The position numbers and the translations under genes were made by a program. From Vicinamibacteria bacterium (GTDB lineage Bacteria; Acidobacteriota; Vicinamibacteria; Marinacidobacterales; Marinacidobacteraceae), in contig OY821641.1 in the NCBI GenBank assembly GCA_963555995.3, forward strand, positions 160,001-224,000: a DNA stretch of 64,000 nucleotides, given 5' to 3'. Of this stretch, positions 47,565 to 58,192 are shown piece by piece (within the stretch, counting starts at the first letter, position 1; each line of letters begins with the position of its first letter). The notes under the pieces were generated by a model that did not search any database, had not been told where the DNA came from, and saw only the letters and a list, made by a program, of their open reading frames with translations.

Positions 47565-49334
47565 TCAGCGCGGCGCGCCCCCGTCTGTCGCGCCGATGGC
47601 GATGCTCCGCTGGCGCCGCCCGGCGCGCTTCGCCCAGGCGTCCACCGTGATCTGCAGGGGCCCGTCGCCCCGGACCGTCCAGGAGACCTCCTTCCTCGAT
47701 TCGTCGGCGCCTGATCCCCAGCGACGGATGTAGGCCAGCTTCCCGAGGATGTGGCCGGCGTCCACCTTCGCCGGGCCGCTCACCTCGCCGCCCTGGACGC
47801 GGATCTCGGCGAGGATCGGGTAGTCGAGGTCTATTTCGAGCGCCTTCCGGGTCACGTAGGTCGAGAGGTACCCCTGGTTCTGCAGCACCGCCGTGACGCG
47901 GTGTTCTCCCGGAGAGACCTCTTCGGCGTCGAGTTCGATGATGCGGAGCAGCGGCGACCGGCCGGCGATCTCCATCAGGTACTGGTAGTGGATCTCGCAC
48001 TCGAACCGGAGGCGGTCGTCAATCCCCTGCGGCAGCCCCCGGTAGCCCCCGATCTCGACCTCGCCGAGTTCCGGGTGCTGGTACGGCGTCCAGGGAGCGA
48101 AATAGACGCCGTCCTTTTCCTCGTCCACCCAGCGCAGGATTTCGTACTGGGTGGTGTAGCCGTCCTGGTCGTAGTCCCGGCCCGCGCCCCCGATCTCGGG
48201 CAGCAGGCTGTGGATGCCGACGTGCATGTAGGCCCAGTCGTTCGAGAAGCCGTGCATCGTCTCGCCGTAGCGGCCGGCCTTCACCTCCTGGGCGTACCAG
48301 TTGTTGTTCATGACCCCGCCCTTCGAGAGCCAGGACCAGACGGCCCCGAGGCGGGTGTAGAAGTCGTTGTCCTCCGGGGGCATGTACTCGAAGGGATGGC
48401 TCATCGGCGGGCGCACGATGTAGTTGCGGGCGCCGCCGCCGGAGTGGATCGTGTAGGTGAAGAAGATGTTCGGGTGGGTGACGGTGAACTCCGCCACCGC
48501 CCGGACCTCGGGCAGCGAGAACGGGTAGGGGCCGGCGCCGGGCTCGTGCCGCTGCCACTCGGCGGACCAGTTCCGGTTGAAGTTCGTCTCCTCGCGTTCG
48601 TCGGTCACCTCGCGGGTGAGGCTCTGGCCCTCGGTATAGACGCGGTAGCGGTTCTCGGGTGGGGCGAGCTTCTCGAATTCGCCGGGGTCCTCGAGCGTGG
48701 TGGGGACGAAGTTCCAGCGGCCCCCGTCGCGGGTGCGGACCTGGAGCAGGTGCCGGTCGTCAATCCAGCTCGGGTACCAGTTCCCCTCGGGGTCCCGGAC
48801 CCGCATCCGGGTGATGTAGCCGTCGCCATCGAGGTCCTCCCCGTTGTGCTCCTCGGGTTTGTGCTCCGGCCACGCGGGGTGCCGGGTCAGCGCCGCCTCC
48901 CCGCCGTCGGCGTCGAAGATGGGCATCACGTAGAAGGTGCGGGTGTCCAGCATCCGGGTGGCCACCGGGTCCTCCCCGTAGCTCGCCAGCGCGGCCTCCG
49001 CGAAGTACCACATCATCTGGCGGCCGGTGACCTCGACGGCGTGGATGTTCCCGTCGAGCCAGAGCGCCGGCTTCTCCTCGCCCGGGCCGGTCTCGAAGTT
49101 CGTGATCTCGAGGACCACGAGGTCCCGTCCCTGCCGGCTCTTCCCGATGACATGGGTGCGAGCGAGGTTCGGGTAGATCTCGGCCAGCTCGTGGAGCCGG
49201 TCCGTCACCTCCTGGTGCAGGGGGTAGGGCCAGCGCTCGAAGTCGAAGTCGAGGTCCTCCGGAATGCTCGCGAACTGGCCGGCCTGCACCGGCAGCGCGA
49301 CGAGCAGCAGCGCTACGAAGAAGAGGTTGCGCAT
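47565..49334 (-). CDS. Secreted M14 zinc carboxypeptidase
   Basis: IGKSRQGR, DGNIHAVE, NFNRNW, SLPEVRA, TIHS; GGAGG RBS before ATG 49334. Confidence 0.9.
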   Translation of the reverse strand: MRNLFFVALLLVALPVQAGQFASIPEDLDFDFERWPYPLHQEVTDRLHELAEIYPNLARTHVIGKSRQGRDLVVLEITNFETGPGEEKPALWLDGNIHAVEVTGRQMMWYFAEAALASYGEDPVATRMLDTRTFYVMPIFDADGGEAALTRHPAWPEHKPEEHNGEDLDGDGYITRMRVRDPEGNWYPSWIDDRHLLQVRTRDGGRWNFVPTTLEDPGEFEKLAPPENRYRVYTEGQSLTREVTDEREETNFNRNWSAEWQRHEPGAGPYPFSLPEVRAVAEFTVTHPNIFFTYTIHSGGGARNYIVRPPMSHPFEYMPPEDNDFYTRLGAVWSWLSKGGVMNNNWYAQEVKAGRYGETMHGFSNDWAYMHVGIHSLLPEIGGAGRDYDQDGYTTQYEILRWVDEEKDGVYFAPWTPYQHPELGEVEIGGYRGLPQGIDDRLRFECEIHYQYLMEIAGRSPLLRIIELDAEEVSPGEHRVTAVLQNQGYLSTYVTRKALEIDLDYPILAEIRVQGGEVSGPAKVDAGHILGKLAYIRRWGSGADESRKEVSWTVRGDGPLQITVDAWAKRAGRRQRSIAIGATDGGAPR

Positions 49335-49675
49335 GACCGCCCTCCCGCGGGAACCCCCGCCGAACGTCGGGTGTACCACATCGCGCCTCCGCCCCGCGAA
49401 CGGGTCTCGGAGCGCCCGCCTCCGGCAGGCATCGCCCGCCCAGCGGGCGATGCCTGCACACCGCTGCCCTGGCGGATGGCGCACCGGCCGGGACCGCCGC
49501 TGGGAGCGCCGGCCAGTCCTCCCGGAGAGTGGCGTTGTCAGCCGGTGGTGAAACCCACGCGGCCCGGGCGCCGCAGGATTCCGTGCCGCGCGGGTCCGCC
49601 AACGGGGGTGATGGCGCTCCAGTCGTTTTCGTGGCGGGCGGGGTGCGCAGGAGCCCCCGTCGCCGGGACGTGCGC

Positions 49676-49736
49676 TTGACATTATGTTCGCCAAATGGCA
49701 ACAATAAAGTAGCAATCGAAAGTGTCGCAATCGAAA
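49676..49736 (+). promoter_or_regulatory. Possible promoter of the lipoprotein array with GCAATCGAAA direct repeat
   Basis: TTGACA at 49676 in an AT-rich patch; GCAATCGAAA at 49712 and 49727; weak -10. Confidence 0.4.
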
Positions 49737-49776
49737 CGAATGACAGGCGAGAACGATGCCGCCCTACCCCATGTCA

Positions 49777-49835
49777 GCGGCGGCCTTCGCCTCCCCGATT
49801 TCCAGGGAGAACGCCATCACACGAAACCGATTTCG
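49777..49835 (+). repeat. Orphan copy of the 5' region of gene 51558 (ATG changed to ATC)
   Basis: 59 bp match to 51519-51577 with 4 mismatches by manual count. Confidence 0.88.
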
Positions 49836-49869
49836 TGATGGGAACGACACATCACAGGAGATACCTGAA

Positions 49870-51312
49870 ATGAACGCCATAGCCCGCCGCGCGTTTCTCC
49901 GGCGGCTGGCCGTGACCGCGCCGTCCCTGATCGGGTTGGCGCGTTGCGGCGAGTCGCCGGGAACGGCCCCACCGACCGCACCCGCCGCGCCGGCCCCCAC
50001 GCCCGAACCGGCTCCCGCGCCCGAACCGCCCCCGCCCGTTGTCCCGCCGGGCGATGCGGGACCCGACTACGGAGCGCTGCTGACCAGCCTCGACAGTCCC
50101 GAGTTCGAGATTCCCGAGGGCTTCCGCTGCGTGCGCCTGAGCAAGGGCGATGCGGCTTCGTCCGTGCGCCGGGGTCTCCACGTGCCGGAGAAGGCTGACG
50201 GCATGGCCGCCTTCCCGCTGCCGAACGGCAACGTCCGCCTGATCCGCAACCACGAACGCGGGTACAACCCGTGGGCGGAACCCATCGCCGAGCCGTACTA
50301 CGATCTGATGGGCCGCGGCGGCACGACGTCGTTGGAGGTGCGGATCTCCGGGACCGGCGGCGACCTGCGGGTCGAGCTGGTGGACGAGTTCATCTCGCTG
50401 GCGGGCACGAGCCAGAACTGCGCCGGCGGGCCGACGCCGTGGGGAAGCTGGCTGTCCTGCGAGGAGACCACGCGGGGGCTCGACATTGGCTTCCGCGAGC
50501 CGCACGGATACGTCTTCGAGGTCCCGGTGAGCGCCACCGGTCCGGTGGACCCCGCGCCGCTGAAGGCGATGGGGCGATTCAAGCACGAGGCCGCGGCGGT
50601 GGACCCGAAGACCGGGTTCGTCTATGAGACGGAGGACATGGGGTACGACCAGGAGGAGGAACGGGGGTCGGGCTTCTACCGGTTCCTACCCGACCGGCCG
50701 GGAGTGCTGTCCGCCGGCGGTCGGCTACAGATGCTGGCGATCACCGACTGGCCACGCTACGTGACCGTGCGGGGGCAGACCCCCGGCCTGGCGTTGCCGG
50801 CCCACTGGGTGGACATTGCCGACCCTGACCCGCCGGACGCCGAGGAGAACCCGGTCGCCGTGTACCGGCAGGGCCTCGCCCAGGGCGCGGCGAGCTTCGA
50901 TCGGCTCGAAGGCGCCTGGTACGGGGACGACGGCATCTACATCGTGTCCACCTTCGGAGGAAACCACCGGTCCGGACAGGTTTTTCACTACCGCCCGACC
51001 TCCGAGGACGCCGGCGAACTGACGCTGATCTTCGAGTCACCTTCCGGCGCGGTGCTGAATGGGCCGGACAATATCGTGGCCAGTCCGCGGGGCGGCGTCC
51101 TGCTGTGTGAAGACGGCGGGAACGACGATCTCTACATCCGGGGCCTGAACCGCGAGGGACACATCTTCGACTTCGTGCGCCAGCCGAACGCGATCGGTGA
51201 ATTCGCGGGAACCTGCTTCAGCCCCGACGGGCGGGTGCTGTTCTTCAACGTGCAGCCGGACGGCGGCACGACCTACGCCATGTGGGGCCCCTGGGAGACC
51301 GGGCCGGTCTAG
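49870..51312 (+). CDS. phoX: PhoX-like (DUF839) alkaline phosphatase, Tat lipoprotein
   Basis: RRAFL, LARC, DGMAAF, LIRNHE, NCAGGPTPWGSWLSCEE, MGRFKHEA, RLEG, PDNI, CED, EFAG. Confidence 0.9.
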   Translation: MNAIARRAFLRRLAVTAPSLIGLARCGESPGTAPPTAPAAPAPTPEPAPAPEPPPPVVPPGDAGPDYGALLTSLDSPEFEIPEGFRCVRLSKGDAASSVRRGLHVPEKADGMAAFPLPNGNVRLIRNHERGYNPWAEPIAEPYYDLMGRGGTTSLEVRISGTGGDLRVELVDEFISLAGTSQNCAGGPTPWGSWLSCEETTRGLDIGFREPHGYVFEVPVSATGPVDPAPLKAMGRFKHEAAAVDPKTGFVYETEDMGYDQEEERGSGFYRFLPDRPGVLSAGGRLQMLAITDWPRYVTVRGQTPGLALPAHWVDIADPDPPDAEENPVAVYRQGLAQGAASFDRLEGAWYGDDGIYIVSTFGGNHRSGQVFHYRPTSEDAGELTLIFESPSGAVLNGPDNIVASPRGGVLLCEDGGNDDLYIRGLNREGHIFDFVRQPNAIGEFAGTCFSPDGRVLFFNVQPDGGTTYAMWGPWETGPV

Positions 51313-51557
51313 TCGTGACAGGAAACCGTTGCTGCCTCGGGGAGTTCGTTCTCCTCGCCGCCCCGCGGAGGCCGTCCCCGTGATCGGCGGGACCAAGAGA
51401 CGCACAACAGGAGAGGTCTGACATGAACTCCATCGCTCGCCGCGCGTGGTCGCGCACCTCGCCTCGGAGCGGGACGACGAGTAGTGCGCCCCGCAGCGCT
51501 CAAGGCGGGGAGATCGGGGCGGCGGCCTCCGTCTCCCCGATTTCCAGGGAGAACGCC

Positions 51558-53909
51558 ATGACACGAAACCGATTCCGCCTCATCGGCCAGGTTGGGGCGG
51601 TGCTCGCGGTGCTCCTCGTCGCATTGGCGGCGGGCCTGATTGCGGCCTGCGATGGCGGCGATTCCGCCGTCGCGCCGGCGCCCGCGCCGCCTCCAGCGCC
51701 CACGCCCGCGCCCGCCCCCGCGCCCGAACCCGAGCCGGCGCCGCCGCCCTTGGATCCGGCCGCGGGAGGCGTCACCGCAATTCCGGCCGGAGACTTCATC
51801 CGCACGCCCGGCAACTTCTTCGATCTCGAGGGGAAGACCCTGACGTTCAGCCCGGACGCCTCCGGCGCCTACACGGTGGAGGTCGGCCGCCTGCTCTGGG
51901 ACGCCCCCGGTTCCGGGGGGGCGGGAACGCGCAGCCGCGAACTGCGCGATGACCGCGATGACGACGCCGTGGTGAACCTGCCGTTTTCCTTTCCCTTCGC
52001 CGGCCGGACGTGGACCCGCGTCTATGCCAATGGGTTCGGGAACATCTCGTTCCGGCAGTCCGAGAGGAGGCACTGGACGGAGCGCAGCACCTGGTCGGAC
52101 GGCCAGATGCGCTCGGTGGCGGCGGCCCTCGACTCCCGTTCGGCGGCCGGACTGGAAGCCATGATCGCGGCGCTCTGGGCGGAGTATCGCGACTGGACGG
52201 TCTTCGTGGATTCCGGCCCGGCCAGGGCCGTGTTCACCTGGCGCGCGTCGCGCGGCGGCGGGTACGCGCCGCTGGGGGAAAACCTGTTCCAGGCGCGTCT
52301 GTATCCGTCAGGAACGGTCGAACTCTCCTACCGGTCCGCGCCCGAACGGGACGGCATCGTCGGCCTCTTCCACGGCCAGGAAGGCGCCGGAGACATCCTC
52401 GACGCGCTGGACGATCCGGCGGGAGATGCGCCCGACGTCATGGACATCACCCGCGTCGAGATGCTCGACAACGGCAGCAACATGCTCGCCCGCATCACCC
52501 TCGCCCGGAACGTGCCGCAGAGAGTTCCCAACGGTACGATCTCCTTCAGGATCGGTCTTGACCTCGGCCACGAGGTGTGCAACGTGGGGTTCGAGGTTAC
52601 GACGAACGGATGGGACCAGCGCTCCTGCAGTTCCGAACCGCACGTGGTCGGGTTCCGCGTGCGCGGAGCGACCATCGAGATCTGGATCTCCAAGACACTG
52701 CTGGACGGCGTAGAGGAGTTCGGTTGGGAGGCCGGCGCCTACTGGTGGGACGGCGACGGGCGAGAGCGCGTGGATCCGGGCGTCGTGCGCGTGGACGAAC
52801 CCGATCGCGACCTGGGCGCGACCTCCGGGACAGTGGCCGGCAACGTGTTCGAGGTGTTCCACTACCCGTTGATTCCGAGGGATCCCCATGAGGCGCTTTC
52901 CTTCATCTACGAGCGGGCGCCCGCCAACGACGAGATCGCGGTGATCTTCACCGACTTCCGGTTCGACGACATCCACAACAGCGGTCCGGGAACCGGCCCG
53001 TTGAACGTGGCCGTCCAGGGCATCGGCGACTGGCAGGCCGATCCGGGCCGAGGAGACCGGTACCGGTCGGACATCCTCCTGACCTCGATGCACACCATCT
53101 ATATCGGCGGCGAGAACTGGACGGAGACCGGGGTCTCCGCGGGCCGCTCGTTTCACAACTACGGACGCGGGGTCAACTGGATCGCGCACGAGGCGGTGCA
53201 CCGGTGGGCGGCGCATCTTGACTTCCGCAACTCCCGCTCGGGAGAGATCGAGCCGCTTGCGGGAGACGGGTGCCGGTGTCACTGGCGTCAGTACCTCCAC
53301 ACGCCCGAGATGTTCCCCGTGTGGCCGGGCTTCTCGAACAGCTCGAATGCCGGAGCCTCGAACATGGGCGGCAACGTATGGACCGACAACGGCGACGGCA
53401 CCTTCACCAGGAACGACCGCAATCCGCTGCCGGCCGGCCTGTCGGCGCTCGATCTCTATGTCATGGGGATGATCTCGCCGGACGAGTTTCCCGATACGTA
53501 CCTCCTGACCGAGGTTCAGGAAACGGGCGACGGCCATACCGTGCGCGCCACCAAGCTGCCGGTTCGCGTCGAGGACATCGTGGCCGCACATGGTCCGCGG
53601 CTCCCCTCGGCCGAGGAGTCCAAAAAGGAATTCAAGCTCGGGTTCTACCTGCTGCACCCGGACGAACGTCCCCTGCGCGCGGACCTGTTTGCGCGCGCGC
53701 AGGTCGTCCATGCGGCGACGGTGGATTTCTTCGCCCGGGCTACGGACGGCCGCATGCGGGTGGTCGTGGCCACGAGCCCGGCCGCGATCCTCACCACGTC
53801 AACGGCCCGTCGCAACCCCCTCGACGAGGGCGGCGAGCGCACGCCGCTCTTCTTCCAGGGCGGCGAGTCGGCGCATGCCCACTCGCACACCTGCCGCCTG
53901 CCCTTGTGA
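51558..53909 (+). CDS. Large lipoprotein with HExxH zinc-peptidase domain
   Basis: LIAAC lipobox, Pro/Ala linker, LPFSFPFAG nidogen-like segment, AHEAVHRW, HW, LDLYVMG. Confidence 0.75.
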   Translation: MTRNRFRLIGQVGAVLAVLLVALAAGLIAACDGGDSAVAPAPAPPPAPTPAPAPAPEPEPAPPPLDPAAGGVTAIPAGDFIRTPGNFFDLEGKTLTFSPDASGAYTVEVGRLLWDAPGSGGAGTRSRELRDDRDDDAVVNLPFSFPFAGRTWTRVYANGFGNISFRQSERRHWTERSTWSDGQMRSVAAALDSRSAAGLEAMIAALWAEYRDWTVFVDSGPARAVFTWRASRGGGYAPLGENLFQARLYPSGTVELSYRSAPERDGIVGLFHGQEGAGDILDALDDPAGDAPDVMDITRVEMLDNGSNMLARITLARNVPQRVPNGTISFRIGLDLGHEVCNVGFEVTTNGWDQRSCSSEPHVVGFRVRGATIEIWISKTLLDGVEEFGWEAGAYWWDGDGRERVDPGVVRVDEPDRDLGATSGTVAGNVFEVFHYPLIPRDPHEALSFIYERAPANDEIAVIFTDFRFDDIHNSGPGTGPLNVAVQGIGDWQADPGRGDRYRSDILLTSMHTIYIGGENWTETGVSAGRSFHNYGRGVNWIAHEAVHRWAAHLDFRNSRSGEIEPLAGDGCRCHWRQYLHTPEMFPVWPGFSNSSNAGASNMGGNVWTDNGDGTFTRNDRNPLPAGLSALDLYVMGMISPDEFPDTYLLTEVQETGDGHTVRATKLPVRVEDIVAAHGPRLPSAEESKKEFKLGFYLLHPDERPLRADLFARAQVVHAATVDFFARATDGRMRVVVATSPAAILTTSTARRNPLDEGGERTPLFFQGGESAHAHSHTCRLPL

Positions 53910-54158
53910 GCGGCGGGGCGCACATGACGGAACGAAACACCACGGGAGTCGCTTGACTTCCAAAAAACAGGAGCCAGTCGTGAGACGAAACCACTGCGGG
54001 CGGACGGGACCCCACCGGCGCACGGCGCCAACGGGTGTTGACGAACATGTCTCTCGACTTTCAACATTGATGTGGCCATCAACAAGAGTGAAGATTGGGA
54101 ACAACACGCCCACGAAGAACGGGCTCAAGAAAACGAAACAGGAAGAGAGGTGCCCCAG

Positions 54159-55601
54159 ATGAGTTCCATGGACCGCCGTCTGTTCCTCCAGCGGCTGGCC
54201 GTCACCGCGCCGTCCCTGATCGGGCTGGCGCGTTGCGGCGAGTCGCCGGGAACGGCCCCACCGACCGCACCCGCCGCGCCGGCCCCCACGCCCGAACCGG
54301 CTCCCGCGCCGGAACCGCCCCCGCCGGTTGTCCCACCGGGCGATGCGGGACCCGACTACGGGGCGCTGCTGACCAGCCTCGACAGCCCCGAGTTCGAGAT
54401 CCCCGACGGCTTCCGCTGCGTGCCCCTGAGCAAGGGCTATGTGGATTCGTCCGTACGCCCGGAGCTCCGCGTGCCCGGCGCCTTCGACGGCATGGCCGCC
54501 TTCCCGTTGCCGAACGGCAACGTCCGCCTGATCCGCAACCACGAAATGCGCGTCAATCCGAGGGCGGAGCCCATCGGCGAGCCGTACTACGATCTGATGG
54601 CCCGCGGCGGCACCACGTCGCTGGAGGTCCGGATCTCCGGGACCGGCGCCGACCTCGGCGTCGAGCTGGTGGACGAGTTCGTGTCCCTGGCGGGCACGAT
54701 CACGAACTGCGCCGGGGGGCCGACGCCGTGGGGAAGCTGGCTGTCCTGCGAGGAGGACGTGCGGGGGCTCGAGGCGGGCTTTGACAAGCCGCACGGGTAC
54801 GTCTTCGAGGTTCCGGTGAGCGCCACCGGCCCGGTGGACCCCGTGCCCCTGAAGGAGATGGGGCGATTCGTGCACGAGGCGGCGGCGGTGGACCCGAAGA
54901 CGGGGTTCGTGTACGAGACTGAGGACATGGGGTATCGCGAGGACGAGCGGAAGGGGTCGGGCCTTTACCGGTTCATCCCCAACCGGCCGGAGGTGCTGTC
55001 CGCCGGCGGTCGTCTCCAGATGCTGGCGATCACCGACCGGCCGAACATGGTGCTGGCGCGGGCCCAGACCCCCGGCGTGGCGCTGCCGGTCCACTGGGTG
55101 GACATTGACGATCCCGACCCGCCGGCCGACGCGGACAACCCGGTGGGCGTGTACCGGCAGGGTCTCGCCCAGGGCGCGGCGAGCTTCACCCGGCTCGAGG
55201 GCGCCTGGTACGGCGACGACGGCATCTACATCGTCTCGACGAGCGGCGGCGTCGCCAGGAGGGGACAGGTTTTCCATTACCGTCCCACCTCCGAAGACGC
55301 CGGTGAACTGACCGCGATCTATGAGTCCCCCTCCAGCGCGGTACTGGACGCCCCCGACAACATCGTGGCCAGCCCGCGGGGCGGCGTCCTGCTGTGTGAG
55401 GACGGGGGGAACGAGGCTCTCTACATCCGGGGCCTGAATCGCGAGGGGCACATCTTCGACTTCGTGCGCCAGCCGAACGCGGTCGGCGAGTTCGCGGGAA
55501 CCTGTTTCAGCCCCGACGGGCGGGTGCTGTTCTTCAACGTGCAGGGAGGTGGCGGCACGACGTACGCGATGTGGGGCCCCTGGGAAACGGGACCGGTGTA
55601 G
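54159..55601 (+). CDS. phoX: PhoX-like alkaline phosphatase, second paralog
   Basis: Same motifs as 49870..51312, with long identical stretches. Confidence 0.9.
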   Translation: MSSMDRRLFLQRLAVTAPSLIGLARCGESPGTAPPTAPAAPAPTPEPAPAPEPPPPVVPPGDAGPDYGALLTSLDSPEFEIPDGFRCVPLSKGYVDSSVRPELRVPGAFDGMAAFPLPNGNVRLIRNHEMRVNPRAEPIGEPYYDLMARGGTTSLEVRISGTGADLGVELVDEFVSLAGTITNCAGGPTPWGSWLSCEEDVRGLEAGFDKPHGYVFEVPVSATGPVDPVPLKEMGRFVHEAAAVDPKTGFVYETEDMGYREDERKGSGLYRFIPNRPEVLSAGGRLQMLAITDRPNMVLARAQTPGVALPVHWVDIDDPDPPADADNPVGVYRQGLAQGAASFTRLEGAWYGDDGIYIVSTSGGVARRGQVFHYRPTSEDAGELTAIYESPSSAVLDAPDNIVASPRGGVLLCEDGGNEALYIRGLNREGHIFDFVRQPNAVGEFAGTCFSPDGRVLFFNVQGGGGTTYAMWGPWETGPV

Positions 55602-55611
55602 AGAGCCGGAA

Positions 55612-58131
55612 GTGACACGAAACGACCTCCGTTTTGCCGGCCTGGCTGGGGCGGCGTTTCTCGTCGCCGCGGCCGCGGGCCTGATCGCAGTCTGTGGTGG
55701 CGATTCCTCCACCACCCCGGCGCCCCCACCTGCTCCGCCCCCGGCGCCCGCGCCCGCACCGCCGGCGCCGGAGCCTCCGCCCGAGCCACTGCCTCCACCC
55801 GAGCCCGACTGGCCTCATGAGGAGCACCATGCGGCGCTCACGGCCGGTTTGCCGGAACGCCCTTTCCTGAGCGCGACCGTGGGCGGAACGGAGGGCTCGA
55901 CGGAGACGGTCGGCACTCTGGGACTGGATTTGAGCCCCAACGCGTTCCCGGTGATCGTCATCCCAAGCGACGTTGGCCCACGGGTCCTCGTGGCTGGATC
56001 GCGGCTCGGCGCCGGCAGAGTCGTCGCGTTCTCCGGGCAGGACTTCGTTTCACCGGGGACCCGAGCGACGCTCCTCGGGAACGCCAACGCCGCCCGCCTG
56101 CTGGCCAACGCGGTTCGCTGGGCCGGGGGCAATCGCAGCGGGCCGCCCCGGGTTCTGGTGGACAACGGGCGGGTCGCGGATGTGCTCCGGCGGCAAGGAT
56201 TGACAGGCATTGAGGTGGTCGGCAGGCGCGGCCGATACGCCGACTGGACCGCTGACGCGCTGGGCGATGCGGAGGTCGCCGTCGGCCTGACCAATGAATG
56301 GGGAACCGCACACCTGGTAGAGGCTTCCGTCAGGCCGCTGCGGGCGTTTGTCGAGCGCGGCGGCGGTCTGATCGTTGCCGGCTCGGCTCTTCACTGGGAC
56401 TGGTGGCTCGAAGAGCGCCACGGGCCGTTCACCGGCAATCTTCTCGTGAGCGGCGCCGGGATCTCGTGGAACGAGGACAGCATCGTCGACATCAGCTCCG
56501 CTACCACGGACGTTGACCTGGAGACATTGCCGTCTGCAGTGTGGGCGGCGTGCCTGGACGGACACCGAACCGAAGAAGTCTCGATGCTGTCGGGGGCCTT
56601 CAACTCGGCACTCGATCTCGGTCGTTATGAAGAGCTGGACAGGGCCCTCATCCGGTTGGTGTCGGAGACGCCTCCCTTGCCGGTCGCGGCCGACGACCCG
56701 CAGTCGTGGCTGGCGGCGGAGGTGGCGGAGACGCTGGGCGCCTACGAGTGGCCGGAGACGCACCCGTGGGCCGCGACATTCCCTGGCCTGCCGGATTCGA
56801 GCGCCCGCCGCGTGACCGGGTCCGTCACTGTGGACGCCACGGGAGGCGAGTTTCCGGCGGACGCCCGGCGGCGCGAACGTCGCTTCCCGCTCGGGTTCTA
56901 CGCTCCTCCCGGCGGCCTCGTCACGATCTCGGTTCCCCACCAGTACGCCACCGGGGCGCTGTGGATCGCGGTGGGCCAGGACCACGACGACCTGCGCCAC
57001 CCCCACTACGCGGAGCACAACCCGGATCTCAGGACGTGGCGCCGCGCGCCGGCCCTCCGTCGCCTCTTCCGGATGACTGCCGGGACCGCGGTAACGAACG
57101 CCTATGGTGGTTCGCTTTCGCTTGTCGTTCCCGAGCACTTCAGGGACGCCATCCCCGTGACCGTCGAGGGGGCGATCCCCATGGCCGTCTATACGGCGGG
57201 CCAGTCCACCCTGACGGAGTGGCGCGCCGACCTGAACGCGGGCGCCCCGCAGGCGATCATCCAGACGCTCGGCGGCATCCGGCTGGTGCTCTCGGCCGAA
57301 AACGCCCACGACATCTCCGACCCGGGCGAAGTCGCGGCGTTCTGGGACGGGTTCCAGCAACACCATGCGGAACTCGCCGGCGAACCCGTTCGGCGGGCGT
57401 ACGAGAGCATCTGGCTATTCGATCCGCAGGTCGGCTGGGGATATGCCAACGTGGTAGGGGACCGGATCAACTACCCGCTTCACGGAGAGCACTGGGCGCT
57501 GCTGCCGGGTACGGCGGCGGGGCGGGAGTACATCGCCACATTGCCGAATCTGGGGCCGCAGGGCCATCGGATCCCGCCATCCACGGGGTATATCCCGAGG
57601 GAGCACGGGGTGGACTGGTGGCTCTTCGGCCACGAGTTGGGCCACCAGTGGCAGACCGAGGACTGGAGGGGCCACGGGGACACGGAGAGAGACAGATACG
57701 GTGGAATCACCGAGGTCGGAGTGAACCTGTTCACGATGTACACGCTGAACTACTACGTCTTCAGCGGCGACGATTTCGGCGTTTCTGTGAGGGAGCCGAC
57801 CCACGGCTGCGCCGCCCCGCTGGACCATGCCGCGTTGGCCAACCGGCGGTGGTCCACCGCCGGCTTCTGCGAGCGGCTTGCGCTGTACCGCCAGCTCATC
57901 AGCCAGTTCGGCTGGGACCCGATGCGCCGGACGTTTCATAGTTACTACGATCCGTCGTATCCACGCGAAACGTACGGGGGGCACCTTGACGGCTTCGCCA
58001 TCCGGTTCAGCACGATGGTCCAGCGCGACCTCGTGGAGTTCTTCCAGCGTTGGGAGTACCCCCTCTCGGGTTCCGCTGAAACCACCATCCGCGACTTCGG
58101 TTTCGCCGTTTGGCTGCCGCCGGGTTGGTAG
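55612..58131 (+). CDS. Peptidase M60/enhancin-like lipoprotein with FAM115/TCAF-like N-domain
   Basis: LIAVC, AFPV...GRVVAF, LGFYAPPG, NAYGG, GHELGHQWQ...EVGVNLF. Confidence 0.82.
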   Translation: MTRNDLRFAGLAGAAFLVAAAAGLIAVCGGDSSTTPAPPPAPPPAPAPAPPAPEPPPEPLPPPEPDWPHEEHHAALTAGLPERPFLSATVGGTEGSTETVGTLGLDLSPNAFPVIVIPSDVGPRVLVAGSRLGAGRVVAFSGQDFVSPGTRATLLGNANAARLLANAVRWAGGNRSGPPRVLVDNGRVADVLRRQGLTGIEVVGRRGRYADWTADALGDAEVAVGLTNEWGTAHLVEASVRPLRAFVERGGGLIVAGSALHWDWWLEERHGPFTGNLLVSGAGISWNEDSIVDISSATTDVDLETLPSAVWAACLDGHRTEEVSMLSGAFNSALDLGRYEELDRALIRLVSETPPLPVAADDPQSWLAAEVAETLGAYEWPETHPWAATFPGLPDSSARRVTGSVTVDATGGEFPADARRRERRFPLGFYAPPGGLVTISVPHQYATGALWIAVGQDHDDLRHPHYAEHNPDLRTWRRAPALRRLFRMTAGTAVTNAYGGSLSLVVPEHFRDAIPVTVEGAIPMAVYTAGQSTLTEWRADLNAGAPQAIIQTLGGIRLVLSAENAHDISDPGEVAAFWDGFQQHHAELAGEPVRRAYESIWLFDPQVGWGYANVVGDRINYPLHGEHWALLPGTAAGREYIATLPNLGPQGHRIPPSTGYIPREHGVDWWLFGHELGHQWQTEDWRGHGDTERDRYGGITEVGVNLFTMYTLNYYVFSGDDFGVSVREPTHGCAAPLDHAALANRRWSTAGFCERLALYRQLISQFGWDPMRRTFHSYYDPSYPRETYGGHLDGFAIRFSTMVQRDLVEFFQRWEYPLSGSAETTIRDFGFAVWLPPGW

Positions 58132-58192
58132 GGACCTCGACCGGATGGGCGGAGCCGTACAGCTCCGCAACCCGCAAGATCAGGAGACGCCA

